Below, piece by piece: positions 46,061 to 59,300 of a stretch of DNA of 64,000 nt. Position numbers and translations under genes: made by a program. The DNA lies in assembly GCF_009914755.1 (NCBI RefSeq), contig NC_060927.1; one strand, written 5' to 3'. Source of the stretch: the human T2T-CHM13v2.0 reference genome, Homo sapiens. The notes below the pieces were generated by a model, which was not told the DNA's origin, ran no database searches, and saw nothing but the letters and a program-made list of their open reading frames with translations. Every line of letters begins with the position of its first letter. Position 1 is the stretch's first letter.

Positions 46061-47099
46061 TTATTTATCTGACAAATATTTACTGATAGTCTCCTCTGAG
46101 ACAGCTTATATTCTAGGCATTGGGAATATATTGTTGAACAGAATTTCTGACCATGTGCAACTAACGTTGCTGAGTTCTTTTTATAAGATTTCTTATAAGG
46201 TTGTTCAAATTATATTCTGACTATTTCAGGAATTTATTTCCTGGGTGTGTGCTCTGTTTATTCTGACCAGTCTTCCTCTCTCAGGCTGCTGAAAAGTCTT
46301 GATGTGCTTTTATCTTTCTTTGTCAGCTTTTTGGAGTTTAAGACTGTTTGTTGGACTACCTTCTGTGATAGCAGTCCTCTGAGTGGCAGAAGATAGGCCA
46401 GTGATGGAGAAGCAGGTGGGCTACCCTTCAGGTACCTGGAGGAGATAGGTCCCTTACCCAGTAACCAAAGAATCAAATTCACTCATGCAGGCTAATGTCA
46501 ACTACTACCACCTTCCTACCACCAACGTCCACAGATTTCCACAACCCAAACCACTTTTCAGGATTCATAGCTTTCCAGTCTCCATCTAAAGACTTCTTTG
46601 AAACTGGTATCTAGAGGCTCATGCTACTCATTGTAGAGAAAGCTCACTATCTGTTATTTCTGTAGGGTTTGCATAAAGCTCAAGGCTTCACCAGGACTCA
46701 GCTGCATATAGGAACCAACTCCTCTTTGCCTTAGGAAAATCAGATAAATTACAGTAATAAAGGGCAAGAAAGCCAAGTTAAAGTCACTACTTTCCCAGAA
46801 TCCACTGCTGACCTTCATGAATTTTTTTAAAGTGATTGTAATGTTAAGTTTTGAAATGACTCTCCTAGGGCCAAGTCACTCACCTCTAAACCTTAGTTTG
46901 CTCTTTTATAAAACAAGGGTGGTAAATTAAAGGAAGTAGCTCTTTCCACAAAAGTATCCTACAATTTTATTATTTTAAATCATTCATTTTATATCTAAAA
47001 GCATTGTGCATACATTGTCTGGATCAATGAAAGCAGCTATAAAAATTTGTATAAGTTGAGAAATTTTAACTAAACTATATATTTTATAATATTTAACAT

Positions 47100-47603
47100 T
47101 ATATTAGTTTGTCATTTTTGTTGTAATAAATTATAACAAACAGTGGCTTAAAATAATGCAAATTTATTATCTTATATTTCTGTATATTAGAAGTTCAACA
47201 CATGTCTCAGTTATATCAAATTAGGGTAGCAGAGCTGCATTTCTTTCTGTAGGCACAAGAGGATAATCAGTTTCTTTGCCCTTTCCAACTTCCAGAGGCC
47301 ACCAAAATTTCTGGGCTCTTAGCCCCCTTCCTCCCTCTTCAAAGTCAGCAACATTATATCTTTCTGCCCTTTTCTTTTATAGTCACATCTTCCTCTGATT
47401 GCAGCCAGGAAAAGTTCTACAACTTTCAGAGACCCATGTGATTAAACTGGGCCCATTCAGATAATCCAGGGTAATCTCCACATTTCAAGGTCCTTAATTT
47501 AATTAATCTTGTAAATCCCTTTTTGCTATTTAAGGTAATATATTCACAGGTTCTAAAGATTAAGGTATGGGCATCTTTGGAGGGCCATTATTTTGCCTAC
47601 CAT
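47100..47603 (-). mobile_element. MLT1 (D-like) MaLR solo LTR
   Basis: tatattagttt...gtggcttaaaa...tattcacaggttct...ggccattattttgcctacca. Confidence 0.82.
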
Positions 47604-49622
47604 GAAATTTACTATTAATGTTTTAGGTGTGATGATGGAATTGTGGTTATGTTTAAAATTATATGTTTAAAAGGGTAGTTTATTTATGGGTGCATTATTT
47701 GACCAAGGGTGGCGATAAGATCTGTACATTCCATTTAGATGAAATAAGTAGCAGCTTAAACTAAAAGTGATTGTGTGACTTCTAATATGATGCAACGTGA
47801 TCGATCAAGCATCGCCTATTGAACATTCTTGCAAAAACTGAGGAATTCGAATCTAAGTAATCAGGACTCTCTGAAGCTAACTTTCACTTACAGAAATATG
47901 AGGATATAGGAACAATTAAACGATACTATGGGAAGTGACAAATCCAGAATGTGGTACATCTTGTAGAACTGACCCAATTTTCTCAATAATAGCATTTTTT
48001 AAAAAGGTAGGAAGGAGCACTGCTGTAGATTAAAGGAGAACGCAGAGAAGAGACAACTAAATATCACTTGTGAAACCTGTTTGAGTTATCAAAGGCAAAG
48101 GGCAAAAATCGGGAAAATTTCAGTGTGGATTGGTTATTAGATAATACCAATGGATTATGGAACAATTTTCAGGTTGGATAGTGCCGTCACGACATGTAAG
48201 AACCATGTCCTTCATCTTAGAGATGGGTACCAAAGTACATAGGGGTAAAATGATAATGTCTGAGATTTGCTTTTAAAAATTATGACCTCTCATCTATAAG
48301 AATAGATGTCAAAGTATATTTGTGTTTTATTCAAAGCAAAATTATCACATTACATATATTACACTCCCAACTTTAACCAGGCAACTCACAAATGAATATA
48401 GTTGGTCACGGGAGAACTAACCAGGTAGGAAGAATCATGGAAATTCATTATTATCATGAAAACAAGCAAAAATATACATGTCTCACTGTATTATACTGAT
48501 GGAAAAATAGCAGCCCCATCTTAGTGCAGCATAAAAATAATGATGACAACATAACAATAAAAATAAGACATATTATCTTATTTAATCCTTATCAAGAACC
48601 TTTAAAATAAACCTTATAGTCCCATTTTATATTTGGAGTAACTGAGGCCAAGTGAGTCAGATAAAATGAAGATTTAAACATGACTGTCCCACACCACGAA
48701 CAGTGTTCTTAATATTCAATGACTGCTCTATTTATTTGATAAGTATTTATTATGTACTGTGCAGAACTCAATGGGCCTTTTATATTGTGAAGCATCTGTG
48801 ATGATCTAGTCATTAAATATTATCTAGTGTTGATGATGATACAGATAAAGAAATAGATCCTATTAAGCACTTGTGTATTTTGCCTTGTTTGGTGAGAGAA
48901 CTGAACTAATAATTTACATCAAATAGATTTTTAAAATCTGAACTTGATGAAAAAAATCATGGACTGTATTTTCCAGCTGGCTATGCAGGTTGTCTCCCTT
49001 TACTAATTTTAGATAAGTATTTACTTTTCATATTGAGTCTACCCAATTTAGGAACATTAAATGTGTCAACACACTTTGAAACCATGCTAACGTAATATAA
49101 ATACCAAGTTTCTTGAACCTGTGACATGTTACATAAGAGAAAACAGTAATGGGTGTTTCAAAAACAATGCTGAGATTGTCAGGCTTAAGAACTTATTTAT
49201 ATTCTTACAAAAAGAATACAATTGAGACATTTGGGCAGGAGTTTATTTAATCCACTGTCCCCAAGTCAGAGGCTACAGTATTTGTGGTTTAAATGGCACA
49301 TATATGATATTTGAATCATATAGATATTTACCCTCTTTTATTTCTGAAGCTTGGGTATAAAGTAGTTTATAGGTTATTATGCATCAAAGCAGAAAAATGA
49401 GACTGGGAGGAGAGATTTTAGAAAGCAAATCTCAGACATATTAATTCAATCTCATAAAAATAAATCGCCTATATTTTACCAAATGGTATAATCTATGTGG
49501 TGCATTGTATCTGTAATTAATACTGTATTTGTATTTAATACTCAATTTTAAATTATTACAGTATTTCTATTAAGGGTCATGGTTTTGGTTTCCAACAGTT
49601 TCATTTCCATATATCTTTATAG

Positions 49623-49941
49623 CAGTGCTGTCCAATAAAAATTTAACTCAAGCCACATATGTAATTTTAAATATTCTAGTAGTCTTCTTAAAAAGGTAAA
49701 AAGAAAACAAGTAAAATTAATTTTATAGGATATTTTATTTAACTTGATATTAAGTGAATATTATTTCAACATGTAATTAATACTGTATAAAATTATTAAT
49801 GAGATGTTTCACTTTTTTCAAATGATGTCTTGGAAATCTAGGGTGTATTTATACTTGCAGCCCATATCAATCTGGACTAGTCACATTTCTAGGGTTCAGT
49901 AGCAACATGTATCTCGTAAGTATCATGTCGGATACAGCAAC
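49623..49941. mobile_element. MER33-like hAT-Charlie MITE
   Basis: cagtgctgtccaataaaaa...gccacatatgtaattttaaa...ggatacagca. Confidence 0.78.
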
Positions 49942-50553
49942 TCTAGAATGTGCCCTATCTAATGTTACCTAAATCAAGACACCCTGGATTAATTCTCTAG
50001 GAGGAAAATTGGACAAGTCTCTGAATTAATAATTATTTTCTAGTTTTGAATACTGGATTAATACTTCTGGAGCTCAAAATAGTGCAGCTGTATTTGAGTC
50101 TCAATGCAGCTGCATCATGTAAAATGAAGATACTCTAATCCAAATAGGAAACAGGGAAATTGATGAAGTGAGAAAATGCACAGAACACATGTACTTGAAT
50201 GAGTGGCTTCCTGAAGACCTTGGAGGAAATGTCAGTTCCGTAAATACCAGGATGAGTTTCTGGCATCTTCTGGGTGATTATTTAATACTTGATGCAATGT
50301 GCTGAGTTCTTCCTTTTCCTAAAAGAAGCTACTATTTTGAACATCTTCCAACTTAGAAAAAACACACGATTATAACTGCTTCTTGCAAGTCCACAAACCA
50401 TAGCTTGAAATGCTCTGGAAAATGTTCAGCCACTGACCACCAGATAAACAGAAGAAAGAAATATTTGCTACATGGTTGGACAAGAGGAAAGGCACATATC
50501 TTTGTTTTAGTTAAATATATCTTCTTTGGTGGACAGAAACTGATAAAGCCACT

Positions 50554-50610
50554 CAGCTATGTACTAGAAGTCCAGCTATGTGCTAGAAATGCAGCTATGT
50601 GCTGGAAGTC
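50554..50610. repeat. 19-bp tandem repeat x3 (CAGCTATGTRCTRGAARTS)
   Basis: cagctatgtactagaagtc / cagctatgtgctagaaatg / cagctatgtgctggaagtc. Confidence 0.88.
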
Positions 50611-52535
50611 TACCCTCACCTTGGGAGACTGCCCTTCCAGGGGCCATGAGACACCTCATCCGCGAGGGTGACCTGGGATACTCAACTGCTTCACATTTCG
50701 TAATTGAAAAGAGATACTCTTCCACACTCCACACTTTGCCCTAGCAGTTTCTTCCTCAAGTTGTATTAATTCACTGATTTAACAGGTATTTATTAAAAGC
50801 TCGCTGTTCTAGATATCAGAACTGTAAGACTGAAAAGAGGAAAAAAATCCAGAAAAATAGAAAAAAATCTCCCACACAGAAGACAAAGAAGTAAATAAAT
50901 AGGTAAATAAAGAACTAAATAAATTGATCAATAGTGATTAGTAATTAGTGATGTGGAGGAAAGTAAGGCATGGACAGGGGTTAGAAAGCTCTGTGATTAG
51001 GGGTGTCTGGGCAAGGGGGTGCAGTATTTAATAGGGTGAGCAAGGAAGGCTCTCACTGAGGTGACAGTTGAGCATAGACCTGAAGAAGGTGGGGAGGGAG
51101 CAACAAGCGAAAATACACCAAAGCAGCCACAAAACTGGTATGTTCAAGGCTCATGGGTATGCTTGTATCTCCACATATCTTTACACACCTTAAGGACTCC
51201 CCTCTTTATCCACCTACCCGATATGAAAGGAGATTTCCAACTTGTTAATCAAAATTGTTATCTTGGATAGTCAAATTTACCAAACGAGACCCCAAGACAG
51301 CAATGAAAAAGACAAGAGGAGAGTATGAGGCTGGACAGCTCCTTGACAAGCTTTGGCTAATCGCAAAATGAGAGCTGTTAAACGAATCATCTATTTCCAG
51401 CTGTTTGGGCTTTTGCTCTCTTAAGTTTTGTTTATCTTTCCTCTCCCATTCCCCATCCTCCTAGTCTCTGTTTTTTGCACACACCAGAAGAAGAGCTGGC
51501 TCATTCATTGAGCCCTCTGTGTATTTCTTTCTTTCCCTGTCCTGCCATTTTCCATATACTGTCTCTTTGGTTGTTCTGCCTTTCACTGTCCACTTGTTAA
51601 GTGCTGATGATGACCTTTCCATCATCAGCAAGATCTTCATCAGTAAGGAAAGGAGGAGATAAAATGAATCAAATTATAGTCAAATAATCCCAAATGGAGC
51701 TAAATCGAAAATTGGCTGAGAGTCTGAAATGTGCAGAAGAATTAGATTTAAGACTAAATGTGTATCCATAAAAGATGAATATGAAGGAAATAATAACACC
51801 TAGCTAATATTTAGCTAAGGCTAAATGGGAAATAATTAATTTTTAAATGGCCAAGAAATGTCAGACCTGCAGAGCATAGGTTTCCTCTCGTAAATTAGTG
51901 AGTCACAATAATTTAGGCAATAAATGAATAATTGTGGGGTAAGATTAACTAGGTGTTTTAAGGTTGTTGAAGATCTTAAATTGCACCAATTTAGCAGAGA
52001 GTGGGTTCGGCATGTTTTAATATAACAATTAGTTCCCAGTAAAAGAAGAGAATTTAAGGGTTCCTATTCATGTGTGGGTTTCTACCTTATGAGATATCTT
52101 TAGCATTTGTTGATTTGAGGTTGGAACCTCAGAATATAGTTAGCAGGCTTCGGGTTGACTTTCATTTTCCCTAAAATAAAAGATTGTTTTAAAATAAAAA
52201 CCAGTCTCACAGGAATAAAAATCATGGAATGTTAGATCTAGAAGGATATTAGACCTTTAGTTAAAACTTTTTATTTTACAGATGAAGAGTCAGTTTTGTC
52301 TGTTAAAAAAAAAAGAAGTTGGAAGCAATGAGAAATGCTATCTTCTACTTCCAATAATGTATAAAATCGAAGTGGCTGCCCAAAGTTGCACAGCTGGTCC
52401 ATGCCAAACTTGGAAAGTAGACTTGGGCCCCAGGATGCTCTTTATGGTTATGAGCCAATATTGTATTTTAAAAACTTCAGTCCACTCAGGTGTTTGATAC
52501 GATGCAGATAAGTAACCATCTTACCAAGTTGGATC

Positions 52536-52696
52536 CCTCCCTCCCTCTCTTCCTTCCCTCCTCCCTCTCTCCCTTCCTCTCTCTTTTCCCTTTTTGCCTC
52601 CTTCCTTCCTTCCTTCCTTCTTCCCTCCCTCCCTTCTTTATTTCTTTTTCTTTCTCTCTCTTTTCCTTTCTTTCTTCTCTCTCTCTCTCTTTCTTT
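52536..52696. repeat. About 160-bp polypyrimidine/polypurine tract (CCCT/CCTT/CT/TTTC)
   Basis: Almost entirely C/T on the plus strand, at the tail position of the FLAM. Confidence 0.93.
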
Positions 52697-52813
52697 TGAG
52701 ATGGGGTTTTGCTATGTTGTTCAGGCTGATCTAGAACTCTTGGCCTCAAGCAATCCTCCTGCCTCGGCCTCCCAGAGTGTTGGAATTACAGTCATGAGCC
52801 ATTGTGCCCAGTC
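52693..52813 (-). mobile_element. FLAM_C / AluJ monomer
   Basis: gagatggggttttgctatgttgttcaggctg...ctcaagcaatcctcctgcctcggcctccc. Tail degenerated to a CT-rich tract. Confidence 0.85.
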
Positions 52814-53964
52814 TGGATTTTTTTTTTCCATTTTAATTGGTTTTCCTGTGTTATCTAAACATAATTTCAGGGGCATCACCTGCCACGGAAGGAGCAGCAC
52901 TTGACTACAACTCAGTTGTGTTTAGAGCTAGCTGAGTCACTCAGTAGAAGGCAACAAACTCAGCCTTCAGTGTTGGGACCAGGGAATGCTGGTTGCAGTG
53001 CTTCTGAACTTGAAGATGTGTGCAAAGGTGATGCAAAGTGAGGCCTGACCCTGAAAGCCAGAATATCTACGTATGGCAGAAGAGAACAACCTTAACTAGC
53101 TAGATAGGCTGAAAATTTATACTCTTGAGTCCATGCTTCCAGTGGCTGCCAAGGGACTTCCGCATTTCCCTTGGGCTGTGTGAGAGTGAAATCTTCTAGC
53201 AATGACATAGTGACCAGGCCATTCCTAACCCTGGGGATAGAGCAGTCTATCCCTGTATACCACTCTGGGGCTCTGATCTTCAATCTACACCATGGGTTCC
53301 AAACCTAAGACTCAGTTTCATTTCATGTTCTTTCAATCAACCTCTCATACCATAAGCAAAATAAAACATGACAAACCAGGAAAACTGTTTGTAACTTATA
53401 TGACAGACAAAAGATTCATATTCCTAACATATTAAGGGCATCTAAACATTGAAATGCAAAAGTCTAATGACTCTACTGGAAAAGGGTATCTTATAAATAG
53501 AAAAAATATATATATAATTTTTATTATAAATTACATGAATCTTACTCATAATAAAATACAAAAATACAAACATACAATCTTACTCATAATAAAAGAAGTA
53601 CTAAGCCATGCTATAGGGATATATAAATCCTCACCTTTCATATGGATAAACCCCCCAAGTTTTTATTGTCTACTGCATTGACAAGACTGTGAAGAACAAG
53701 TATTGTCATACATTGCTGGTATGAATGCAAACTGATACAAATTTTATGGAGGGGAGTTTGGCATCTAGGAAAATTACAAATACATTTACCATTATCTCTT
53801 TCCAGAAATGTCTCCCAAAGAAACACTGTCAAAATGTGAAAAGCTATTAATTTCAACACCATACATAATTGCAGAAGAAAGAACCCAAATTTCTATCAAT
53901 AGAAGACTGATTGAATAAACTATGGGGTACTCTTCGACTACTAAAGATAATTAGAAAGATGATG

Positions 53965-54272
53965 ATTATTATTTATTTTGAGACAGGGTCTTGCTCTGTC
54001 ACTCAGGCTGGAGTGCAGTGACATGATCACAGTTCACTGCAGCCTCAGCCTTCTGGGCTCAAGTGATCCTCCCACCTCAGCCTCCCAAGTAGCTATAGCT
54101 GGAACTACTGGTGTGCACCACCACACTAGGCTATTTTTTTATTTTTTATTTTTGGAGAGACAGGGTTTCCCTATGTTGTCCAGGCTGGTCTTGAACTTCT
54201 GGGCTCAAGTGATCCTCTCACCTTGGCCTCACATAGGGTTGGGATTTTAGGTGTGGGCCACTGTTCCCAGCT
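53965..54272 (-). mobile_element. AluJo-like
   Basis: Full dimer, gacagggtcttgctctg...cactgcagcctc. TSD-like agaaagat on both sides. Private insertion gtagctATAGCTggaactac. Confidence 0.92.
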
Positions 54273-55569
54273 GAGAAAGATTCTTATATGTTGTTATAAG
54301 GAGATCTCCAAAATACTGTTAATTAAATAAAAGTAAGGTGAAGAACCATGTGCGTAGTAGCATATAGTGGAATGTGTGCATGTTTGTGTATTTGCTTAAA
54401 TTTAAAAATAGAAGGGTAAACCGAAAACCAACCAAAATCACTGAAAATTTAGGGTAAAGGAGACAGGGAGAGAAGCTAGATTTCTCTTATTTTGTTCTGT
54501 GATTTTCTTTTTAGAATCCTATATATAATCTAATTTTAAAAATTAAAAATAAAATAAAACAAATGAACATTATTATATATTGACTTGTGGCTCAACCACA
54601 CAGAGAAATTATTTCAAGTGATTTTAAAAAGGGAATAATTTTTAACTGTACATCACTAGTGGGATATATCCAAAGGCTAAAGATAACCACAATAAAATCT
54701 TAAGCAGTTTTTAGTTATCATATTTTTAGTAACAATATATATATTATACTTTTGAGAATATATGTTTTAAGCAAGTAGGAAATTATATTAATGTGTGGGA
54801 AGAAAAAGAGTAGGCAGTAGAAAATAAAAACGAAAATAAAAATTCAAGGCAGTTAAGTTCATATAATACTAAATTTTAACTGAAAATATTATGAATTTGT
54901 GATATAATTTCTCCTTTTAAAAAAAGGTCTAAAAACAATTACCAATCCAGCAGCAATGCAATCCCTTAGTGCCCAGATTATGGTCTCTAACTGAATTTCT
55001 CTCTTAGAAAAAGCCAAGGCCTTTTGGAAAGAAAGGTAATTCCTAGGTGGGGTGCAGGAAATACACAAGATAAGGTTGAAATATCTAGTCTTACTCAAAA
55101 GCAAGAAACCTATCAAAAACTGTTGTCATTACAATAAAAGCATACAGGAGAAAGTTGAAGAGGCTCCCACTTGTCAAAAATGGCACCTTTTGATCATGAA
55201 AAAATATAATGACAACAGTAGAATGAAACGTATCATCTATGTAAAAATCCATGTGTTCATAATGATGTTTTTAGGAGGTCATCTCATTGGTCACATGTGC
55301 AGGATGCTACACAACACATTATTTTGAAAATTAGTAAATAAAGAGAAAAAATGGATTATTTGCCCTGCTTTTGTTGCTTAAATTATACCATTGGGTACTG
55401 AAATAATTGAACTGGAAAACTACTTCATTAAGGAGAGTACCACCAGCTAATAAATGCAAAAGGTAGGATTAGATTAGCATACCACTAGTTTGTAACCCCT
55501 AATAAATACTGGCTTAAGCAAAAACCATCAATGGGTACTAAAGCCATTGGATAAAATGGGCAACTCTAA

Positions 55570-55715
55570 AATGTAAAGCTTCACAAACTTTAATGTGCAT
55601 ATGAATCTCTTGAGGATACTGTTAAATTCTAGCATCTGATACTTGGTCTGTGGTTGAGCCTGAGATTTTACATTTATAACAAGTCACTATGTGGTGCCAA
55701 TCCTGCTGGTCTGAG
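55570..55715. mobile_element. MER5A/B-like MITE, interrupted
   Basis: caaactttaatgtgcatatgaatc...gcctgagattttacatttataacaag...tgctggtctgag. A possible remaining end gagtagca lies near 56485. Confidence 0.65.
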
Positions 55716-55952
55716 AAGTGATCCTCCCACCTCAGCCTCCCAAGTAGCTATAGCTGGAACTACCGAAGTGCACCATTACACAAGGCTATTTTTTTAATTT
55801 TTAAATTTTTTTTTGAGAGACAGGGTTTCCCCATGTTTTCCAGGCTGGTCTTGACCTCCCTGGCTTAAGTGATCCTCCCAACTTGGCCTCCCATAGGGTT
55901 GGGTTTATAGGCATGAGCCACCGCTCCCAGCTGAGAAAGATTCTTATATGTT
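55716..55952 (-). repeat. Local duplicate of 54061-54292 (partial AluJ plus unique flank)
   Basis: Shares the private tagctatagct insertion, the catagggttggg variant and the non-Alu flank gagaaagattcttatatgtt. Confidence 0.92.
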
Positions 55953-56482
55953 CCTAAGAAACAGAAAAGTAGACCCACATTCGAGAGCTGGCCTGATACT
56001 CTTAGCTAGGCCTTGGCATTCTTCTGTTGAATAAAAACAACTTAACAGAATGACATCAGGCAAGGCTATTCTGTGACTATGATGGATCCAGACAAAAACA
56101 GTACTATTATGTAATTGTTGATGAACATTGTCCAAACCACAAAACTAAACAAACATCCCCCTATCCTGGCTATTACGAGTGACCACTGCTTCTTTACCAA
56201 TTGTAGCTTTAGGTTCAATTGAGTCCTTCCTCCTTCTAAATAAGACTTAACTAAGATGCCCAGTCTTGGAGTTATTCCCACTTCCTGACAGCATCAAATC
56301 CAGACCAAAGCCCTGATGCCTTAAACCCTCACTAAAATAACCAAACATAAACCGAAGTCCTATAATAAGTCCTTTCTAATACCCACTGAGACATAACATG
56401 ATTCCCCATGGTATTCACTTTCATTGCAACGAGTAATAAAAGCATCTTGTTCAACTATAGGTTGTGTTCTGGTAGTCTTTGC
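55953..56482 (+). mobile_element. ERV1-class LTR (MER67-like)
   Basis: catcaggcaaggctattctgtgactatgatggatc...tcctataataagtcc...gtaataaaagcatcttgttcaactatagg. TATA-like box and AATAAA present. Confidence 0.65.
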
Positions 56483-57278
56483 TAGAGTAGCAATCCAATA
56501 ATATGATGGATCAGGCTGACAGCTCAGTCACCAATCACTATTTGCCTCTGGAGGTGATGAAATAGAAGGGTCCCAGCACCACCTTTAAAGTAATCATACC
56601 AAAAAAGTTGAACCTGAATCTGATTAAACCTCTGACTCTAACCATCAGTTTATAAGAAATACAGGGCACTGAGGAATATTTTAAGGAGCTATATTCGATT
56701 CAACCACAAGACAAATTACCTCTTTTTTTTTAAACAAATAAATGACAAGAAAATAAAAAATAAAAGGGAAACTTCTAGATAAAAAGAGGCCCAATAATCA
56801 TATCAATCCATTGTAATATGCTGCCCTTGTTTGGATCTTGATTTGTGCAAACTGCTATACAAACAAATAATGACAATAAGACAATTAGGAATATTAAAAC
56901 AATGAGTAGATTTTGGACAATATTAAAGAATGATTGTTTCAGGTCTTACAATGGCAATACTCATTTTTCAAAACATTTACAAAGAAAATAATATGATTGC
57001 TAGAATTTGCTTTAACATAATCCAGTCATGATGAGAGAGTGGGTGTGGAGGGGGTATAAATAAGGTGATTGCCCATATTTGATAATTGCTGAAGGGCATA
57101 TGCCAATTCTTTTTACTATTCTCCCTATGTCTGATATGCTTGAAAAGTACCACAGTAAACATTTTTTAAAAATATCTTTAAACAACTTAATTTAATACAT
57201 CATTCTCAAAAGAAGAGAAGATATATTCACTGGAGAGAAATTCAGGATGATAACTCAAAATGGCTACATGTTCTAGAG

Positions 57279-57503
57279 CAGGGGTGTCCAATCTTTTGGG
57301 TTCCCTGCACCACATTGGAAGAAGAATAATTTTCTTGGGCCACACATAAAATACACTAACACTAACGATACCTGATGAGCAAATAGAAAGGTCTGTGCAT
57401 AAATCTCATTACGTTTTAAGAAAGTTTATGAATTTGTGTTGGCCAGCATTCAAAGCCATCTTGGGCTGCATGCAGCCCATGGACCACTGGTTGGACAAGC
57501 TTA
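57279..57503. mobile_element. MER30 hAT-Charlie MITE
   Basis: caggggtgtccaatc...ttggacaagctt. Perfect 8-bp TSD TTCTAGAG at 57271 and 57504. Confidence 0.9.
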
Positions 57504-57754
57504 TTCTAGAGAAATAAATTGTAATGACTTTAAAGATCTCTCCCACTACTGAAATTACTTTCTAACCAATTTCTTTAGCACTATCAAAATATTCCCTTTT
57601 TCTTTTCTTTTGTAATTACTAACAGATATGTCAACTGCAGGTGAAGAAAAATAGAAATTATTATTATGTAGACGCAGGTGATGGTCTTGGGGAGAAACAT
57701 TCAATTTAAATGTTTGATTCTTAAAAGAAGAAAATATATTATTTGAGCAATTAC

Positions 57755-57870
57755 CTGGATCTGTAGCAGACATCAGTGAACCAAAAAATAAACAGTCAGT
57801 GAAATGAAAGTCTCCATTTTTCAGCTGGCCAGCATGTATCATAGCCTTCACAAAACCATACATAATTAAC
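57755..57870 (-). CDS. SLC9A9: SLC9A9/NHE9 internal coding exon (exon 5 by recalled numbering), 116 nt, phase 2 to phase 1
   Basis: Minus strand reads TTTTTCTCTTCAACAG|G TTA ATT ATG...GAT CCA G|GTAATT. Translation [38 protein letters not shown] is the CPA1/NHE ATDP region and matches recalled NHE9. Splices in frame to the exon at 16918. Confidence 0.97.
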
Positions 57871-58849
57871 CTGTTGAAGAGAAAAACATGACCTTCAAAC
57901 ATCAAGATGAACCCTGTGTAAACCCATGCTATCATAAGCCACATGCTAATGTTTTTCCTGAATACGTATCATGCACAAATTGCCACCATCCTGCCAAATG
58001 ACAGCCGTGCTAGGTCTCTGTACACTGGAATCTCTTGGCTATGAAAGACAATTTTACCAAATATCACAATTTATTCACTTGGTAAAAGGTAATGCAACAG
58101 TTTATAGTATATTCCAATGAAAACAAGATAAATCTCAAAGATATAAAAAATAATCTGTCAAATGTGGCACAGCAAATCATATCCAAAACCACAGCAGCTG
58201 TGCTGACATTTGTAAATTGATTGCTTTTCAGTTTTCCTTGTTTTGTCACTGGCGGTGTCTGAAAAGGGTTCAAATTTCAAGTCCATCACTGTGATGAGGA
58301 GGATATTGGCCAATCACAAGGCACTCAGTCAACCAGTCACTTTATAATAGATGAGTCTCTGCTGCTAGTGGTGTCAGGACACTTCCACACTGGGTAGAGA
58401 ATCCCTGTTAGGTTAGAGCATGTATAACTCCAGGTCACTGTTTAAAATGAATACTGAAATAGTTGCATTGCGATCTTTCAAGGAAAGATTACATAACCTT
58501 ACTGTGCCCACACCATGGCATGCAAATTGTCTGTTTTGGTCATCATTTGCCAACCTATAGCTTTTAATTGGTATTTAATTATTTAACTGACTGATTGATT
58601 TTGCTAAGATCCTAGTAGAGGAAATAGAGAGGTGGGTGAACTGAATCACAGTGTAATTTAAGAACTGTAAGAGTCTTTAGAAACTATAGACCATCAAACC
58701 AATAGATGGATGTTTAAACACTCACGTGAACTTAAAGTTAGTTCTCAGGTTTTGGGCATAGCTAAAAAGGCTAAAAGTCAGATATTTAAAAATGTCAATA
58801 AGAATGCAGATATTTTAAATTACGTTAAAAAAAAGTATCACTATGAGAG

Positions 58850-59300
58850 AATATTTCAGACCTACCGGCATTTAAATCCAGGCTCTACTATCTACTATCT
58901 ATATGATTTTAAGTTATTACTAAAACTTTCTGAACCTGAATATCCATGAGGTAGGGATAACAGTAATAGCCCACAGAATTGTTTTAAGGATTAACTGAGG
59001 TAATACATATTTGGTGTCTGGCACATAGCAAATTCTCAATGAGGTCACTGAGGCTAAAAATAATGATCAAAATAGTAGGTAACATTTACTTACCATTTCT
59101 ACTTCTACACATGCTTTATTTAACTCATTAAATACCCACATCAATGGTAATATTTTTCGTATTTTTAGCAAGAAAACTGAATATAGTGTGATGAAGTAAT
59201 TTGCTTAAGGTGACACAGCTATTAAGTTGTGAAGCCCAGATGTGAATTGAGAAGGTCTGGCTCTAAAGCCTTGGCTTTTAACCATCACACTGTATTGCTT
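58850..59300. mobile_element. Two MIRs in opposite orientation (tail to tail)
   Basis: First has ttttaaggattaactgaggtaatac. Second has agaaaactgaa...gtaatttgcttaaggtgacacagct. Confidence 0.6.

Larger units (their letters stand above)
53370..57170 (+). mobile_element. Old L1ME/L1MC 3' regions hosting Alu, MER5 and LTR insertions
   Basis: cattgctggtatgaatgcaaa..., aaaaagttgaacctgaatctgatt, ccttgtttggatcttgattt. Boundaries approximate. Confidence 0.55.

Noticed and set aside
50554-50610. CRISPR-like direct repeats
   Set aside because: No spacers, only three units, and a mammalian intron context.
57555-57944. 129-aa ORF as a standalone gene
   Set aside because: Only the central 116 nt match NHE9 and are bounded by AG/GT. 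The flanks are intron read-through.
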